Source: Victivallales bacterium (GTDB taxonomy: Bacteria > Verrucomicrobiota > Lentisphaeria > Victivallales > GWF2-38-69). From it: a stretch of 64,000 bases of DNA. The DNA lies in the NCBI GenBank assembly GCA_021733985.1, contig JAIPJT010000004.1, forward strand, positions 2,923 to 66,922, in the 5' to 3' direction. Positions within the stretch are counted from its first letter, which is position 1. The number at the start of each line of letters is the position of its first letter. The position numbers and the translations under genes are program-made. Of the stretch, positions 1 through 10,432 are shown one piece after another. The notes under the pieces were generated by a model. That model did not search any database. It saw only the letters and a list, made by a program, of their open reading frames with translations, and was not told where the DNA came from.

Positions 1-903
1 GACCTGAAAGCTGCTAAAAATAAAAAACTTTCCTCTAAAATGAGGCGTGCGGACCGTTTTACAAAAATGGCCGTTTACTCTGTCGGCGATGCTGTCGAGA
101 ATCATGAAACAGAAGAATTTAACCTACGGGAAACAGGCGTGATTTTAACAACTGCTTTTGGCCCCCACAATACTACTTTCGGTTTTCTTGATGAACTTAT
201 TACATATGGCGAAAAAAATGTTTCGCCTATCAAATTTTCTCATTCTGTACACAATGCCGCCGCTTCATATATTGCACAGATCTTTAACATTAAAGGCCCT
301 GTCACTACAGTTGCACAATATAAATTTCCTGTAGTTCACGCAATTACTCTTGCGAGGAGCTGGTTAGAAAATAAATTATGTGAGAACGTACTGGTCTGCA
401 GTGTAGAGGAAAAGGGAAATGTATTTGATGCTGCTGTGAATCAAAAACTGAAAATTTCTGATAATAACAGACTGAAACCTATTAATTTTTCAGAAGCCGG
501 AAAAGCAGTTCCTGCAGAAGGAGCGGTAAGCTTTTTATTGACTTCAGCGAAAATAAAAAGTTCCTGCTGCAGAATCTCTCAGTGCGGTTTCAACAGTTGT
601 GATTTTTTAAGTACTGACTGCTACATCGCAGGTGCCGACGGTATACCCCCTGATCAAACCTTTTACAAGAAAATAACCAGTAATCCAAAGCCTGTGTGTG
701 TGTTCTCTCCTGTTTACGGAAGTATAATGACAGGTACTGCTTTTGATATCGGGATAGCTGTTTTAATACTGAATAATTATTGCGGCTATAATGATTATAT
801 TGTGAATCAGGCTGCATCTTCCTGTCTGCAGCCTAAAAAGATTACCTGCGTTAAATCAGACTGCTGTAACGATTTTGCAGCAGTCAGCCTGGAAACTCTT
901 TAA
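1..903 (+). CDS. Beta-ketoacyl synthase chain-length-factor-like protein (5'-truncated by window edge)
   Basis: RRADRFTKMA and SPIKFSHSVHNAAAS motifs of KS N-terminal/CLF proteins; no catalytic Cys evident; frame open back to base 1. Confidence 0.7.
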   Translation, partial: DLKAAKNKKLSSKMRRADRFTKMAVYSVGDAVENHETEEFNLRETGVILTTAFGPHNTTFGFLDELITYGEKNVSPIKFSHSVHNAAASYIAQIFNIKGPVTTVAQYKFPVVHAITLARSWLENKLCENVLVCSVEEKGNVFDAAVNQKLKISDNNRLKPINFSEAGKAVPAEGAVSFLLTSAKIKSSCCRISQCGFNSCDFLSTDCYIAGADGIPPDQTFYKKITSNPKPVCVFSPVYGSIMTGTAFDIGIAVLILNNYCGYNDYIVNQAASSCLQPKKITCVKSDCCNDFAAVSLETL

Positions 904-987
904 CCTGAAAACTGCATGCTACACGATTACAAAAGCATAGTTCTTAATTCAACGACATTGACATGTTATACACTCTGCTATTGATTT

Positions 988-2547
988 TTAGACAGGCTTA
1001 GCTATTCCGTGGAAAATAATGTTTGTTCCTGGCATTTTCTGCCTGGATAATGAAGTCCTTATATTTAATAAAGTGCCGTTTCCCTTTTTTATTTTCAGCT
1101 TTATTTTTCTGTTTGAAGCTTTGTCAAAAAATCTTTTATTCATTATTCTGTGATACCTTTTTTCTATTATGTGAAAAGGCGTTTTTTTTTCCTTGTTAAT
1201 ATGTGAGTCCTTAAAATGTTCTTTAAGAGTAACAAGCTTGCGATTATAATTAATAAAATCCGAGATAGAATGTCCGGTTATTTCCTCAAAATTTTTGCTC
1301 AGATATGTAAACTGAAGTTGGTTTTCTCCGGTGAACTCTGCAGTCCATGCAATAGAATTTGTTCTGCCGGAGAGTTCATCCATCAGTTTTTCATAGGCCG
1401 CGGAATTACTTTCTTTCTGTTTTTCTTTATTGTATAAGAAAGTACATCCTATTGTATATAAAGAGCTTCCTATTTTTACACCGCTCTTTATAGCCTTTAC
1501 CCATCTTGTGCCATATTTGCTGCTGATAAACCTGTAGATCTTATTAGTCATTATAAAAGGGTTTCGGTAAATATTATCATCAATTCCTTCTTCATCCATT
1601 TCTTTATCCATCTGTCCTACATCTTCAGGATGCCTCTTGCCGTTCCTTAAGTAATCGAGCTGTTCATTCCTCTTGGCTTTCATGTCTTCTGAATAAAATT
1701 CAAGCATACTTTCCCCGGAAACATCAAAAAGGGTTTTACCGTCTTTCCAGACCGAAACATTAAAACCCGGACCTGTTTCCAGCAGTATATGTAAAATCTT
1801 ACTAATCTCTTCAGCCTGTTTTCTATCAGTTATGTCAACAAAAGTACCCACGATTCCGGCTATCCTGTTTTCAGTATCGAATATGGGTAATTTTGAAATT
1901 ATACCCCACTTCTTTTTTCTTGTACCCGGAATATATGATTCAGAGTTTTCTACAGGGATTCCGGTATTAGTAACATATTGGTCTTGCTGATGGTTCTCTG
2001 CTGCCTCTTTTCTGTTAAAAAAATCAAAGTCGTTTTTATTGTTCACGTTGAAATCTGAACTTAAGCTCAGATTATTCAAAAATGAATTGTTTGCCGTTAT
2101 GTAATTTAAATTCTTGTCTTTAATGTAAAATATTGTAGGCATGGATTTTAAAAGTGCATTTATAATTGTTGTTGCCTGTGTTAATTTTTCCTCCAGCTTT
2201 AATATCTCCCTGTTTATCAGGCTGAACTCCCTTTTCTGAACTTCCTTGTCCGCGCTGCCGAGCAGATACCAAGAATCAATGGATTCAGATAAGTTGCTGG
2301 TTGATTTAGTGACTGTTTCTTCAAGGTCAGATATTTTTGTAACAGAAACATTTAAGGCCTCTGCTAAATTTCTAATGTTTTTCTCTCCAGGCGCGTAACG
2401 TTTTTTTTTCCATGCCCAGAAGGTAGTACGGTTTATATTTATCAAACTGCAGAGACCGGTTACGGAAAGGCCCCGTTCCTTCCGCAATGTATCGATTTGT
2501 TTGAAATTTATATTCACAATTGACCATTTGTTAACCATTGACAACAT
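988..2547 (-). CDS. XRE-family HTH + PAS-domain transcriptional regulator (paralogue 1); start may be GTG at 2517
   Basis: N-terminal HTH (LRKERGLSVTGLC...RTTFWAWK), PAS signature IFYIKDKNLNYITANNSF...GIVGTFVDITDRK. Confidence 0.8.
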   Translation of the reverse strand: MLSMVNKWSIVNINFKQIDTLRKERGLSVTGLCSLININRTTFWAWKKKRYAPGEKNIRNLAEALNVSVTKISDLEETVTKSTSNLSESIDSWYLLGSADKEVQKREFSLINREILKLEEKLTQATTIINALLKSMPTIFYIKDKNLNYITANNSFLNNLSLSSDFNVNNKNDFDFFNRKEAAENHQQDQYVTNTGIPVENSESYIPGTRKKKWGIISKLPIFDTENRIAGIVGTFVDITDRKQAEEISKILHILLETGPGFNVSVWKDGKTLFDVSGESMLEFYSEDMKAKRNEQLDYLRNGKRHPEDVGQMDKEMDEEGIDDNIYRNPFIMTNKIYRFISSKYGTRWVKAIKSGVKIGSSLYTIGCTFLYNKEKQKESNSAAYEKLMDELSGRTNSIAWTAEFTGENQLQFTYLSKNFEEITGHSISDFINYNRKLVTLKEHFKDSHINKEKKTPFHIIEKRYHRIMNKRFFDKASNRKIKLKIKKGNGTLLNIRTSLSRQKMPGTNIIFHGIAKPV

Positions 2548-2759
2548 ATAAGTTGAGTAAACACAACAATAATGTAAGATTATTTTTTATTTAAATAAAA
2601 CAAGCAGATTTATAAATTTTATTAAATATTTTAAAGTTAAACCTTCAGTTCTTTTTGATAATTCACGTTAATCTGTGAGATCAGCGGATATGAAAAAGGA
2701 ACTCTGTCCGCGGATTACGCTGATTTCCGCTAATAAAAAAAATAAAATCATCATTTACA

Positions 2760-3470
2760 ATGTCCTCTAAAATACAATATTTACTGATCGGCAACGGCAG
2801 GCTAGCGAAGCATCTTGTTAAATATCTGGATGACATGAATATTTCATTTATTCGCTGGTTCCGTGGATGTAAAGCTTATCTGTGCGAAGCGGCAGCCGGA
2901 AAAGATAATATAATTCTGCTTGCTGTCTCAGATTCGGCAATAGAACCTTTTATCAAAAAAAACAGGAACATATTAAGGAACAAGACCATAGTCCATTTTT
3001 CAGGTGCTTTATATACACCTCTTGCATATGGCTGCCACCCGTTAATGACTTTTTCAGATAAGCTTTATGAAAAAGAATTTTATCAGAGGATTTTGTTTAC
3101 GCTTGATGAAGATGCTCCCGATTTCAATGAGCTTTTCCCTGAACTTGACAATCCTAATATAAAGATTTCATCTGATTCCAAAGCTAAATATCATTCGCTA
3201 TGTGTCATGGCTAATAATTTCACTTCTCTGCTGTGGCGTAAATTTTTTGTTGAAATGAATGAAAGCTTTAATGCGGACAGCTCATGGTTAATTCCGTTTC
3301 TTGAGCGCACTGCTCAAAATATAACAGAAGATTATAAAGGATGTCTTACAGGGCCACTGGCAAGAGGGGACTATGAAACTGTTGAAATGAATATCAAAAG
3401 CCTTTCCGGGGACCCCTGGCAGAATGTATACAAAAGTTTTGTTGAAATATACCACAAAAAGGAAGAATAA
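2760..3470 (+). CDS. panG: Rossmann-like/DUF2520 protein, probable PanG-type ketopantoate reductase
   Basis: IGNGRLA Rossmann motif, HFSGA, HPLMTF, LTGPLARGD; stop overlaps panB start. Confidence 0.7.
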   Translation: MSSKIQYLLIGNGRLAKHLVKYLDDMNISFIRWFRGCKAYLCEAAAGKDNIILLAVSDSAIEPFIKKNRNILRNKTIVHFSGALYTPLAYGCHPLMTFSDKLYEKEFYQRILFTLDEDAPDFNELFPELDNPNIKISSDSKAKYHSLCVMANNFTSLLWRKFFVEMNESFNADSSWLIPFLERTAQNITEDYKGCLTGPLARGDYETVEMNIKSLSGDPWQNVYKSFVEIYHKKEE

Positions 3471-4258
3471 TGAAGATTAATGAATTTATACAAAGGAAGC
3501 AGTCAGGACAGAAAATATCCATGATTACCTGTTATGATTATACTTTTGCCGGCATTATTAACGAAACTGATATTGACAGTGTCTTAGTCGGCGATAGCGG
3601 TACAATGATTATGCACGGTTCAAAAACAACGACAGAAGCAACTGTGGATGAGATCAGTTTTATGATTAAAGGTGTTTCAAGGGCAATTGATAATAATAAA
3701 GTTATCGTTGGTGATATGCCTTTTCTGTCATACCGGAAAGGGCTGAAATTTGCGATGAATACAGTGGACGCATTTGTCAGGTCCGGCGCTAATATTGTGA
3801 AGCTTGAAGGTGTTGAGGGAAATCAGAAAATTATAAAGCATATAATAGGATCCGGCGTACCGGTAATGGGGCATATTGGATTAACTCCGCAGTCAATAAA
3901 TGCGCTCGGCGGCTATTTTGTGCAGGGAAAACTTGAGAAGGATGCTGAAAAGTTGCTTGAACAGGCAAAGGAATTATCAGATTTAGGCTGCTGTTCGATT
4001 GTTCTTGAATGTGTACCTTCAGAACTGGCCCGCATCGTTACCGAAACGGTTGATATACCTACTGTAGGTATTGGAGCAGGCCCTAATACCGACGGACAGG
4101 TCTTAGTGCTACAGGACATGCTGGGAATGTTTAAAGATTTAAAACCGAGATTTGTAAGACGTTACCTGGATGGATTTCAACTGGTTAAGGACGCTTTAAA
4201 TCATTATCACAGAGAAGTAGCAGAGTCGGTTTTCCCTGATTCTAAAGAAAGTTTTTAA
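3470..4258 (+). CDS. panB: 3-methyl-2-oxobutanoate hydroxymethyltransferase
   Basis: TCYD, LVGDS, VKLEG, GHIGLTPQ, DGQVLV motifs. Confidence 0.97.
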   Translation: MKINEFIQRKQSGQKISMITCYDYTFAGIINETDIDSVLVGDSGTMIMHGSKTTTEATVDEISFMIKGVSRAIDNNKVIVGDMPFLSYRKGLKFAMNTVDAFVRSGANIVKLEGVEGNQKIIKHIIGSGVPVMGHIGLTPQSINALGGYFVQGKLEKDAEKLLEQAKELSDLGCCSIVLECVPSELARIVTETVDIPTVGIGAGPNTDGQVLVLQDMLGMFKDLKPRFVRRYLDGFQLVKDALNHYHREVAESVFPDSKESF

Positions 4259-4261
4259 ATT

Positions 4262-5020
4262 ATGAAAATATACAAAAATATATATGAATGGCAGAATACA
4301 AGGCGAACTATCCCTAACGATAAAAAATTGGGAGTAGTACCTACAATGGGTGCTTTACACGAAGGACATTTAAGCCTTATTAAACAAAGTAAAGCTGAAA
4401 ATGACTTTACTTTAGTGACCATTTTTTTAAACCCGACTCAGTTTAATAATAAAGAGGACTTAGTTAATTATCCTGCCACCTGGAACGTTGATGTTAAACT
4501 CTTGAAAAATTTGAAGACAGATTATCTCCTGGCGCCCGATTTTAAACAGATATATCCTGATAATTATAATTTTACGATAAAGGAAAACAAGCTAAGTAAA
4601 ATTTTGTGCGGCTCAGCGCGTCCCGGACATTTTGACGGCGTCCTGACAGTTGTAATGAAACTTTTGATGTTGGCGGATGCTGACAGGGCATACTTCGGAG
4701 AGAAGGATTTTCAGCAGTTACTGCTTGTGAAAAAGATGGCTGAAGCCTTTTTTGTGAAAACTGAAATAGTTCCGTGTCCGACTATCAGAGAAAAAGACGG
4801 CCTGGCATTGAGTTCAAGAAACAGGCGGCTTTCCTCAGAAGGAAGGAAAAAAGCTTCTGAATATGCCCGTATTATCAAGCAGAAAAAAAATCGATCAGAA
4901 ATACGGGAAGAACTTGAAATGAACAATATAAAAGTGGATTACCTGGAAGAGTTTTTCGGCAGAAGGTTTGCTGCCGTATTTATAGACAACATCAGACTTA
5001 TAGATAATTTTAAATTATAA
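4262..5020 (+). CDS. panC: Pantoate--beta-alanine ligase
   Basis: [41 protein letters not shown]. Confidence 0.97.
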   Translation: MKIYKNIYEWQNTRRTIPNDKKLGVVPTMGALHEGHLSLIKQSKAENDFTLVTIFLNPTQFNNKEDLVNYPATWNVDVKLLKNLKTDYLLAPDFKQIYPDNYNFTIKENKLSKILCGSARPGHFDGVLTVVMKLLMLADADRAYFGEKDFQQLLLVKKMAEAFFVKTEIVPCPTIREKDGLALSSRNRRLSSEGRKKASEYARIIKQKKNRSEIREELEMNNIKVDYLEEFFGRRFAAVFIDNIRLIDNFKL

Positions 5021-5031
5021 AGGAATATCCT

Positions 5032-5397
5032 ATGAAAAGAACAATGCTGAAATCCAAAATTCACATGGCTACCGTAACGGAGGCGAATTTAGAATATCAC
5101 GGATCAATTAGTATCTGTCCCGATTTGTATGAAAAAGCAGATATGCTGCCCTTCGAGAAGGTGGATATTTACAACTGCAATAACGGAAATCGATTTTCAA
5201 CTTATGTAATTCCGGGAAAAAAAGGTGAGATTTGTTTAAACGGTGCAGCGGCAAGGCTTGTAGCACCCGGTGATAAAGTAATTATTGCATCTTATGCTGA
5301 ATATGAACAGGGAGAATTAAAAAACTTCAAGCCTGAGCTGGTTTTTGTTGATAAAAATAACGAAATTTCAGAGGTCAGACACCAGTATATAACTTAA
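5032..5397 (+). CDS. panD: Aspartate 1-decarboxylase
   Basis: KSKIH, Y(H)GS cleavage site, [15 protein letters not shown]. Confidence 0.97.
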   Translation: MKRTMLKSKIHMATVTEANLEYHGSISICPDLYEKADMLPFEKVDIYNCNNGNRFSTYVIPGKKGEICLNGAAARLVAPGDKVIIASYAEYEQGELKNFKPELVFVDKNNEISEVRHQYIT

Positions 5398-5596
5398 AGT
5401 ACACAAAAGCCGATTTAATTTATTTATCCATCTCACTTTACGGTATGACCTGTAACCAATGATAAGGACGAAAATTAGCGATAAAAATATATTGAAATCA
5501 TCCGGGATACAAGTAACCTTTTTAAAGTAACTTCTTCTTGTATCTGATATTTAAAAAAAAATTAATGAGTACATCTGTGTTGAATAATCTGCTTAT

Positions 5597-6193
5597 TCAA
5601 TGCTTTACTGTCTGGTGCTGCTCACGGATCCTTTCAGTAGAAATATGCTCACCATCAGTATTCTGCAGGTAGAGATAACCTACAAAAATACCGCCTTTTC
5701 TTACAATAAGGCTGCGGCAGGTTATATTGCCCCTTACTTCTCCCTTTTTCAGGATTTCAACTGATCCTTGTGCGGTAATATCTCCTATGACTTTGCCTCT
5801 TATCACTGCATTGCCAACCTGAATGGTTGAAGTCGCTATAATGCCTTTTTTCTGTAAATAAAGTTGACCATGGGTCTGTATAACTGCACCAAAAATAGTT
5901 TTTAATTTATGATCGCTTAAATCATTGCGCTGATAACAGTATTTACATATTACAGCCTGTGCATTCTTGTCAGCAATAATTTCTTTTCCGCATTTGTAAC
6001 AAAAAAGCTTTCTTTTTTCAATTTCAAATTTTTGCTTTTGATTATTCGTTCCTGGGAGTTCCTTCACATTTATCTGCCGTTTGCAATTTTGACATTGAAC
6101 CAGCGAGCTATATTGAGATAAAAATAGTGTACCCTGACAGTAGGGACACACTATTTTTTTCTTTTCGGGAGATTCTGAAGTGTGGTGATTCAT
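5597..6193 (-). CDS. Bactofilin-domain protein with N-terminal double zinc ribbon
   Basis: Four CxxC pairs followed by beta-helix repeats (IRGKVIGDITAQGSVEILKKGEVRGNI). Confidence 0.75.
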   Translation of the reverse strand: MNHHTSESPEKKKIVCPYCQGTLFLSQYSSLVQCQNCKRQINVKELPGTNNQKQKFEIEKRKLFCYKCGKEIIADKNAQAVICKYCYQRNDLSDHKLKTIFGAVIQTHGQLYLQKKGIIATSTIQVGNAVIRGKVIGDITAQGSVEILKKGEVRGNITCRSLIVRKGGIFVGYLYLQNTDGEHISTERIREQHQTVKH

Positions 6194-6248
6194 AGACTAA
6201 TAATTCTTGGTATAGTATTTTCCGAATTATTAATTAGTTCTATATTTG

Positions 6249-6716
6249 TTATTTCTTAGTTTCTTTTTTTTGAGCATTTTCCATATCAATCCCACTGGGA
6301 TTTACATTACATTTTCCAACAAAAAGTACGCCCTCTTCAATAGAAAGTGTTTTTGCGGTTAAATCACCGGTAAGCTGTGCTTTATTTTTAAGTTCAATTT
6401 TCTCTGAAGCAGTAACGTTTCCTTCAACTTTTCCTTCGATAGTTGCATTTTTTCCTTTAAGGTTTGCTTTAACTTCTCCTGTTTCGCCGACAATTACTTC
6501 CCCGTCTTTAGTAATCAGGTCTCCTTCGAATTTGCCGTTCATTTCTAAAACATTATTGAATTTGATAGTTCCCTTGATCTCAACATCAGGTGTTAAAATT
6601 GTTACATTATTTTTACTCATTTTCTTTTCCTTTTTAAACTCATTTTCTTTTATATTTTTGTTGTTCTCATAACTTAACAAATCCAAATCTTCATCTTTTT
6701 TGAAAAACTTTTTCAT
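6249..6716 (-). CDS. Bactofilin (polymer-forming cytoskeletal protein)
   Basis: EIKGTIKF...GKFEGDL...EGKVEGNV...LSIEEGVLFVGKC bactofilin pattern. Confidence 0.9.
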   Translation of the reverse strand: MKKFFKKDEDLDLLSYENNKNIKENEFKKEKKMSKNNVTILTPDVEIKGTIKFNNVLEMNGKFEGDLITKDGEVIVGETGEVKANLKGKNATIEGKVEGNVTASEKIELKNKAQLTGDLTAKTLSIEEGVLFVGKCNVNPSGIDMENAQKKETKK

Positions 6717-6979
6717 AAATGCTACCCCTTGAACCTCCTTGATATTTTAAATTATATCACTGCATGCACCTGCTATGAAAAAGACAAAATTTACAGCCTT
6801 AAGTGAACTAAGGAGAGATAAACCTTTTCCATGCAACATCTGAATATAACTAAAGTAATATAAATTCTTATCAGGAAGCATTCAAGAGCAATGAATAAAA
6901 AAACAATCTATAAAAGGATAAGGTGCCAAATGAATATGAACAGTGGACAGAGCAGAGCTTTGGCTGAAGAACATTTAAA

Positions 6980-7096
6980 CACAAATTATGCATATGAACT
7001 TTACAAAGTTTTAAAGTAATTTATTTTTATAGATTCCCAACTGTTTGCATTTTGCTGCTCTGCAGCCACAGCACACTCGTATCAGCATAATCCGGG
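6980..7096 (+). repeat. Dispersed degenerate MITE-like repeat, family A copy
   Basis: Ends CACAAATTATGCA / GCATAATCCGGG; internal GCATTTTGCTGCTCTGCAGCCACAGCACAC matches 20322-20353 and the reverse complement of 10171-10206. Confidence 0.55.
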
Positions 7097-7375
7097 TTAA
7101 ACTTAATAAATGATGATTTAAAAGCTTTTAACTTCTGTAAGATATGATATTTTAAAAGGTAAAATCAATATAATTAAGCATATGTTAAAAAAATACTTGT
7201 AAAATCAAGTTTTTATTATAAATTTTTGATTCAAATCGTTATTTTATACTGTATATATTACATGTTTTTCTAACTGCCTTCAGAAGAACATTTTTCAATA
7301 ATATTGCATAAAATCAACGGTTTATATTGGGAATATAATTAAAAATTTAAACTATATTAATTTAGAGGACATATA

Positions 7376-7645
7376 ATGGAAACAGAACACAAACAGGATA
7401 TTATAAAGAAATTCGCTACAAAAGAAGGTGATACCGGCTCAACTGAAGTACAGGTTGCTGTATTGACTGAAGATATTAAAAATCTTACAGAACATTTAAG
7501 GTCTAATAAGAAAGACCACAGCACTCGTCGCGGCCTTCTTGCAAAGGTTACCAGAAGGCGTAAACTTTTAGCTTATTTAAAAAGAAAAAATCATGAGAGT
7601 TACCTGAATCTTCTTAAAGAATTAGGAATCCGCCATCGCGGATAA
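7376..7645 (+). CDS. rpsO: 30S ribosomal protein S15
   Basis: [28 protein letters not shown]; upstream of pnp. Confidence 0.98.
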   Translation: METEHKQDIIKKFATKEGDTGSTEVQVAVLTEDIKNLTEHLRSNKKDHSTRRGLLAKVTRRRKLLAYLKRKNHESYLNLLKELGIRHRG

Positions 7646-7658
7646 AAAAGTTAATATA

Positions 7659-7698
7659 TTGGGGGGTATAAGATATCTTCTTAATATACACCTCCAAT
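7659..7698 (+). terminator. Stem-loop after rpsO
   Basis: TTGGGGGGTATA...TATACACCTCCAA imperfect inverted repeat. Confidence 0.45.
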
Positions 7699-7783
7699 TT
7701 GCAGTATTATAAAGTTGTTTTATCGGAAAGAAAAGTCTTTTGACTACTAAATAATAAATTATACATATTATATGTATTTTATT

Positions 7784-7850
7784 GTGGAATCCGTGCCGAT
7801 ATCAGTTTCTTTTTGTATTGGGAAAAAAGGTATTGATATCGCGGTTCCAC
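7784..7850 (+). promoter_or_regulatory. Long leader hairpin upstream of pnp (probable RNase III site for PNPase autoregulation)
   Basis: GTGGAATCCG..CGATATCAGT pairs with ATTGATATCG CGGTTCCAC; position matches known pnp leader stems. Confidence 0.6.
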
Positions 7851-7966
7851 TAGGAAAAGCCTGTCTCTAAAATTCTTTCCTGTATGAAATCTTCTACATA
7901 CGCTGCAAAAGAAGAAATAAGAAAACATTATTTATGTTTGAAATACATTAAAACAAAGAGGAAAAA

Positions 7967-10075
7967 ATGACAGAAAAAAGTGTAAGTTTTGGAATTGGGA
8001 AAAATCGTGAAATTACTGTGTCTACCGGTAAATTAGCCGGTTTGGCAAATGGTTCATGTACTGTAAGAATGGGTGACACAATTGTTTTTACCGCAGCATG
8101 TTCAGGTCCGGCTAGAGAGGGAGCGGATTTTTTTCCGTTACAGGTCGATTATAGAGAAAAATTCAGTGCGTCCGGCCTTTTCCCGGGTGGATATATAAAA
8201 AGAGAAGGAAGGCCCAGTGACAAAGAAATCCTTATTTGCAGAATGGCTGACAGGCCTATAAGACCGCTTTTCCCGAAAGGTTTTTTTAATGAAGTCCAGG
8301 TACAGTCCATGCTGTTAAGCTGTGACCAGTCAAATGAACCGGATGTATTGAGTATGCTCGGTGCATCTGTAGCATTAACTTTATCCGATATGCCGTTCCA
8401 TGGGCCAATCGGTGCAGTGAGGGTTGGACTTATTGATGGAGAATTTATACCAAATCCGACTAATGAAGAAATGGAAAAGAGTTCATTAGATCTTATATAT
8501 GCAGGATTGGCTGATAAAGTAATAATGATAGAAGGGGATGCTGATGAGCTGTCAGAAGAGCAGTTGAAAGAGGCTCTGGAAACAGCTAATGAAGCTGTAA
8601 AAAAACAGATTGCCGCACAGGAAGAACTGGCTGAAAGAGCGGGAAAGGAAAAAATTGAACCGGAGTTAAATTTAGTTCCTGAAGTTATAGAAGCCGATGT
8701 AGATGAATTTTGCAGCGGGAAAATCGAAGAGGCATGTTTTATACCTGAAAAGGAAGCAAGAGGCAATGCACTTAATGCTGTTTATGATGAACTTGAAAAA
8801 GAACTTTGTGAAAAGTATTCAGCCAAGTATGAAGAGAAAGACCTTATATTTAAACTTAAAATTGCTTTTGATGAAAAAGTAAAAAAAACAGTTCGTCTTG
8901 CTATCCTGAAAGAAGGAAAGAGGTCTGACGGCAGAAAAGCTGATGAGGTCAGGACTTTAAATGCTGAAGTTGGCTACCTCCCGAGAACACACGGTTCTGC
9001 AATATTTTCAAGAGGCGAAACGCAGGCTTTAGTTTTAACTACTCTCGGTTCTTCTAAAGATGTGCAGATACATGATTCAATAACAACCGAAGATAAATCT
9101 GTGAAAAAGAAATTTTATCTTCACTATAATTTCCCTAATTACAGTGTCGGTGAAGTTGGAAGAATAACAGGTCCGGGCAGACGCGAAATAGGCCACGGTA
9201 ACCTTGCTGAACGTTCTCTGGCAAAAGTAATGCCCGAGGAGTATCAGTACACTGTTAGATGTGTCTCTGAAATTATGTCATCAAACGGTTCTACCTCTAT
9301 GGCCAGCGTATGCGGCGGTTCACTGGCTCTTATGGATGCCGGTGTACCAATAAAAAATGCTGTAGCCGGAATTTCGTGCGGGTTGGTTAAAGAAGGCGAT
9401 GAAACTGTCCTTCTTACAGATATACTTGGTTCGGAAGACCATTTCGGTGATATGGATTTTAAAGTTACAGGTTCTAAAGAGGGAATTACAGCATTCCAGC
9501 TTGATCTGAAACTTGACGGTATTTCAATAGATATGCTGTATGAGGCTATGTTAAGAAATAAAACTGCAAGGATGCAGATACTGGAAGTAATGAATGGCTG
9601 TATTGCCGAGCCGAGAAGCGATATAAGTCCTTATGCTCCGAGAATTGAAGATGTAAAGATTAAATCTGAAAAAATTGGTGCTCTTATTGGCCCGGGCGGA
9701 AAAGTTATTAAAGAAATCTGTGAAACAACAGGTGCGGAGATAGATATCGAAGATGATGGAACCGTTCATATCTTTGCTAAAGACAAGGATAACATGAATG
9801 AAGTTAAAGATATGATCGATGGAGTTATCGGCGATCCTGAGATTGGTAAAATATACAGAGGAACTGTTGTGGCAGTTAAAGATTTCGGTGCTTTTGTTGA
9901 ATTCCTACCCGGCAAAGAAGGTTTTGTCCATATTTCAGAACTTGCAAATTACAGAGTTCCAAGTGTTGCCGATATCTGTAAAGCTGGCGACAAAATGTCT
10001 GTTAAAGTTACCGGCGTTGATGGACGCGGCAGAGTTCGCTTAAGCAGAAAAGATGCTCTGGCAGAACTCGACTGA
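7967..10075 (+). CDS. pnp: Polyribonucleotide nucleotidyltransferase
   Basis: [42 protein letters not shown] and S1 domains. Confidence 0.98.
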   Translation: MTEKSVSFGIGKNREITVSTGKLAGLANGSCTVRMGDTIVFTAACSGPAREGADFFPLQVDYREKFSASGLFPGGYIKREGRPSDKEILICRMADRPIRPLFPKGFFNEVQVQSMLLSCDQSNEPDVLSMLGASVALTLSDMPFHGPIGAVRVGLIDGEFIPNPTNEEMEKSSLDLIYAGLADKVIMIEGDADELSEEQLKEALETANEAVKKQIAAQEELAERAGKEKIEPELNLVPEVIEADVDEFCSGKIEEACFIPEKEARGNALNAVYDELEKELCEKYSAKYEEKDLIFKLKIAFDEKVKKTVRLAILKEGKRSDGRKADEVRTLNAEVGYLPRTHGSAIFSRGETQALVLTTLGSSKDVQIHDSITTEDKSVKKKFYLHYNFPNYSVGEVGRITGPGRREIGHGNLAERSLAKVMPEEYQYTVRCVSEIMSSNGSTSMASVCGGSLALMDAGVPIKNAVAGISCGLVKEGDETVLLTDILGSEDHFGDMDFKVTGSKEGITAFQLDLKLDGISIDMLYEAMLRNKTARMQILEVMNGCIAEPRSDISPYAPRIEDVKIKSEKIGALIGPGGKVIKEICETTGAEIDIEDDGTVHIFAKDKDNMNEVKDMIDGVIGDPEIGKIYRGTVVAVKDFGAFVEFLPGKEGFVHISELANYRVPSVADICKAGDKMSVKVTGVDGRGRVRLSRKDALAELD

Positions 10076-10107
10076 ACAGAATAACCTTACAAACATTGAT
10101 ATGTTAC

Positions 10108-10146
10108 GGGGTCTAAGCCTTCGCACGAAGGCTGCCCCAATGTTTT
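10108..10146 (+). terminator. Probable terminator of pnp
   Basis: GGGG..AGCCTTCG-CA-CGAAGGCT.CCCC hairpin followed by TGTTTT. Confidence 0.55.
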
Positions 10147-10147
10147 G

Positions 10148-10432
10148 CCCGGATTATGCAATTAATTATTCAGTGTTGCCGGTAGCTGCAAGGCACCAAA
10201 ACGCAGCTTTTGTAACTAATGCATCAATGTCATTGAATTAAGGCAAAATTATTGGTTTTGCTTTTTTACGGAACGATCAGTCTTCGCTGGAAGCTACACC
10301 AAGACACAGGAGGACTGGTTCCCTCCACCACGCATTCTGTATTTTGTGAAGGGAATCAATCCCTTGATTCCGAGTATAGAATCCTTAATTCAACGGCATT
10401 GACTAATGCATATCAGTCATGCGACGGTACTT
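10148..10432 (-). repeat. Family A repeat copy (inverted), interrupted by the 177-bp MITE
   Basis: Begins CCCGGATTATGCA; after removing 10225-10411 its reverse complement aligns with 20284-20353. Confidence 0.65.
10225..10401. mobile_element. 177-bp MITE with 18-bp terminal inverted repeats and 10-bp target-site duplication (IS4-like ends)
   Basis: Left CAATGTCATTGAATTAAG, right CTTAATTCAACGGCATTG (2 mismatches); ACTAATGCAT at 10215-10224 and 10402-10411; no transposase. Confidence 0.85.

Noticed and set aside
6930-7019. 29-codon ORF with a possible RBS in the bactofilin-rpsO spacer
   Set aside because: Overlaps a repeat end and has no supporting features.
8149-8766. 205-aa antisense ORF in pnp, and similar shadow ORFs in the chitinase, kdd, atoA/D, ntpAB, dxs and DUF819 genes
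   Set aside because: Fully overlap conserved genes on the opposite strand and have no recognisable motifs.
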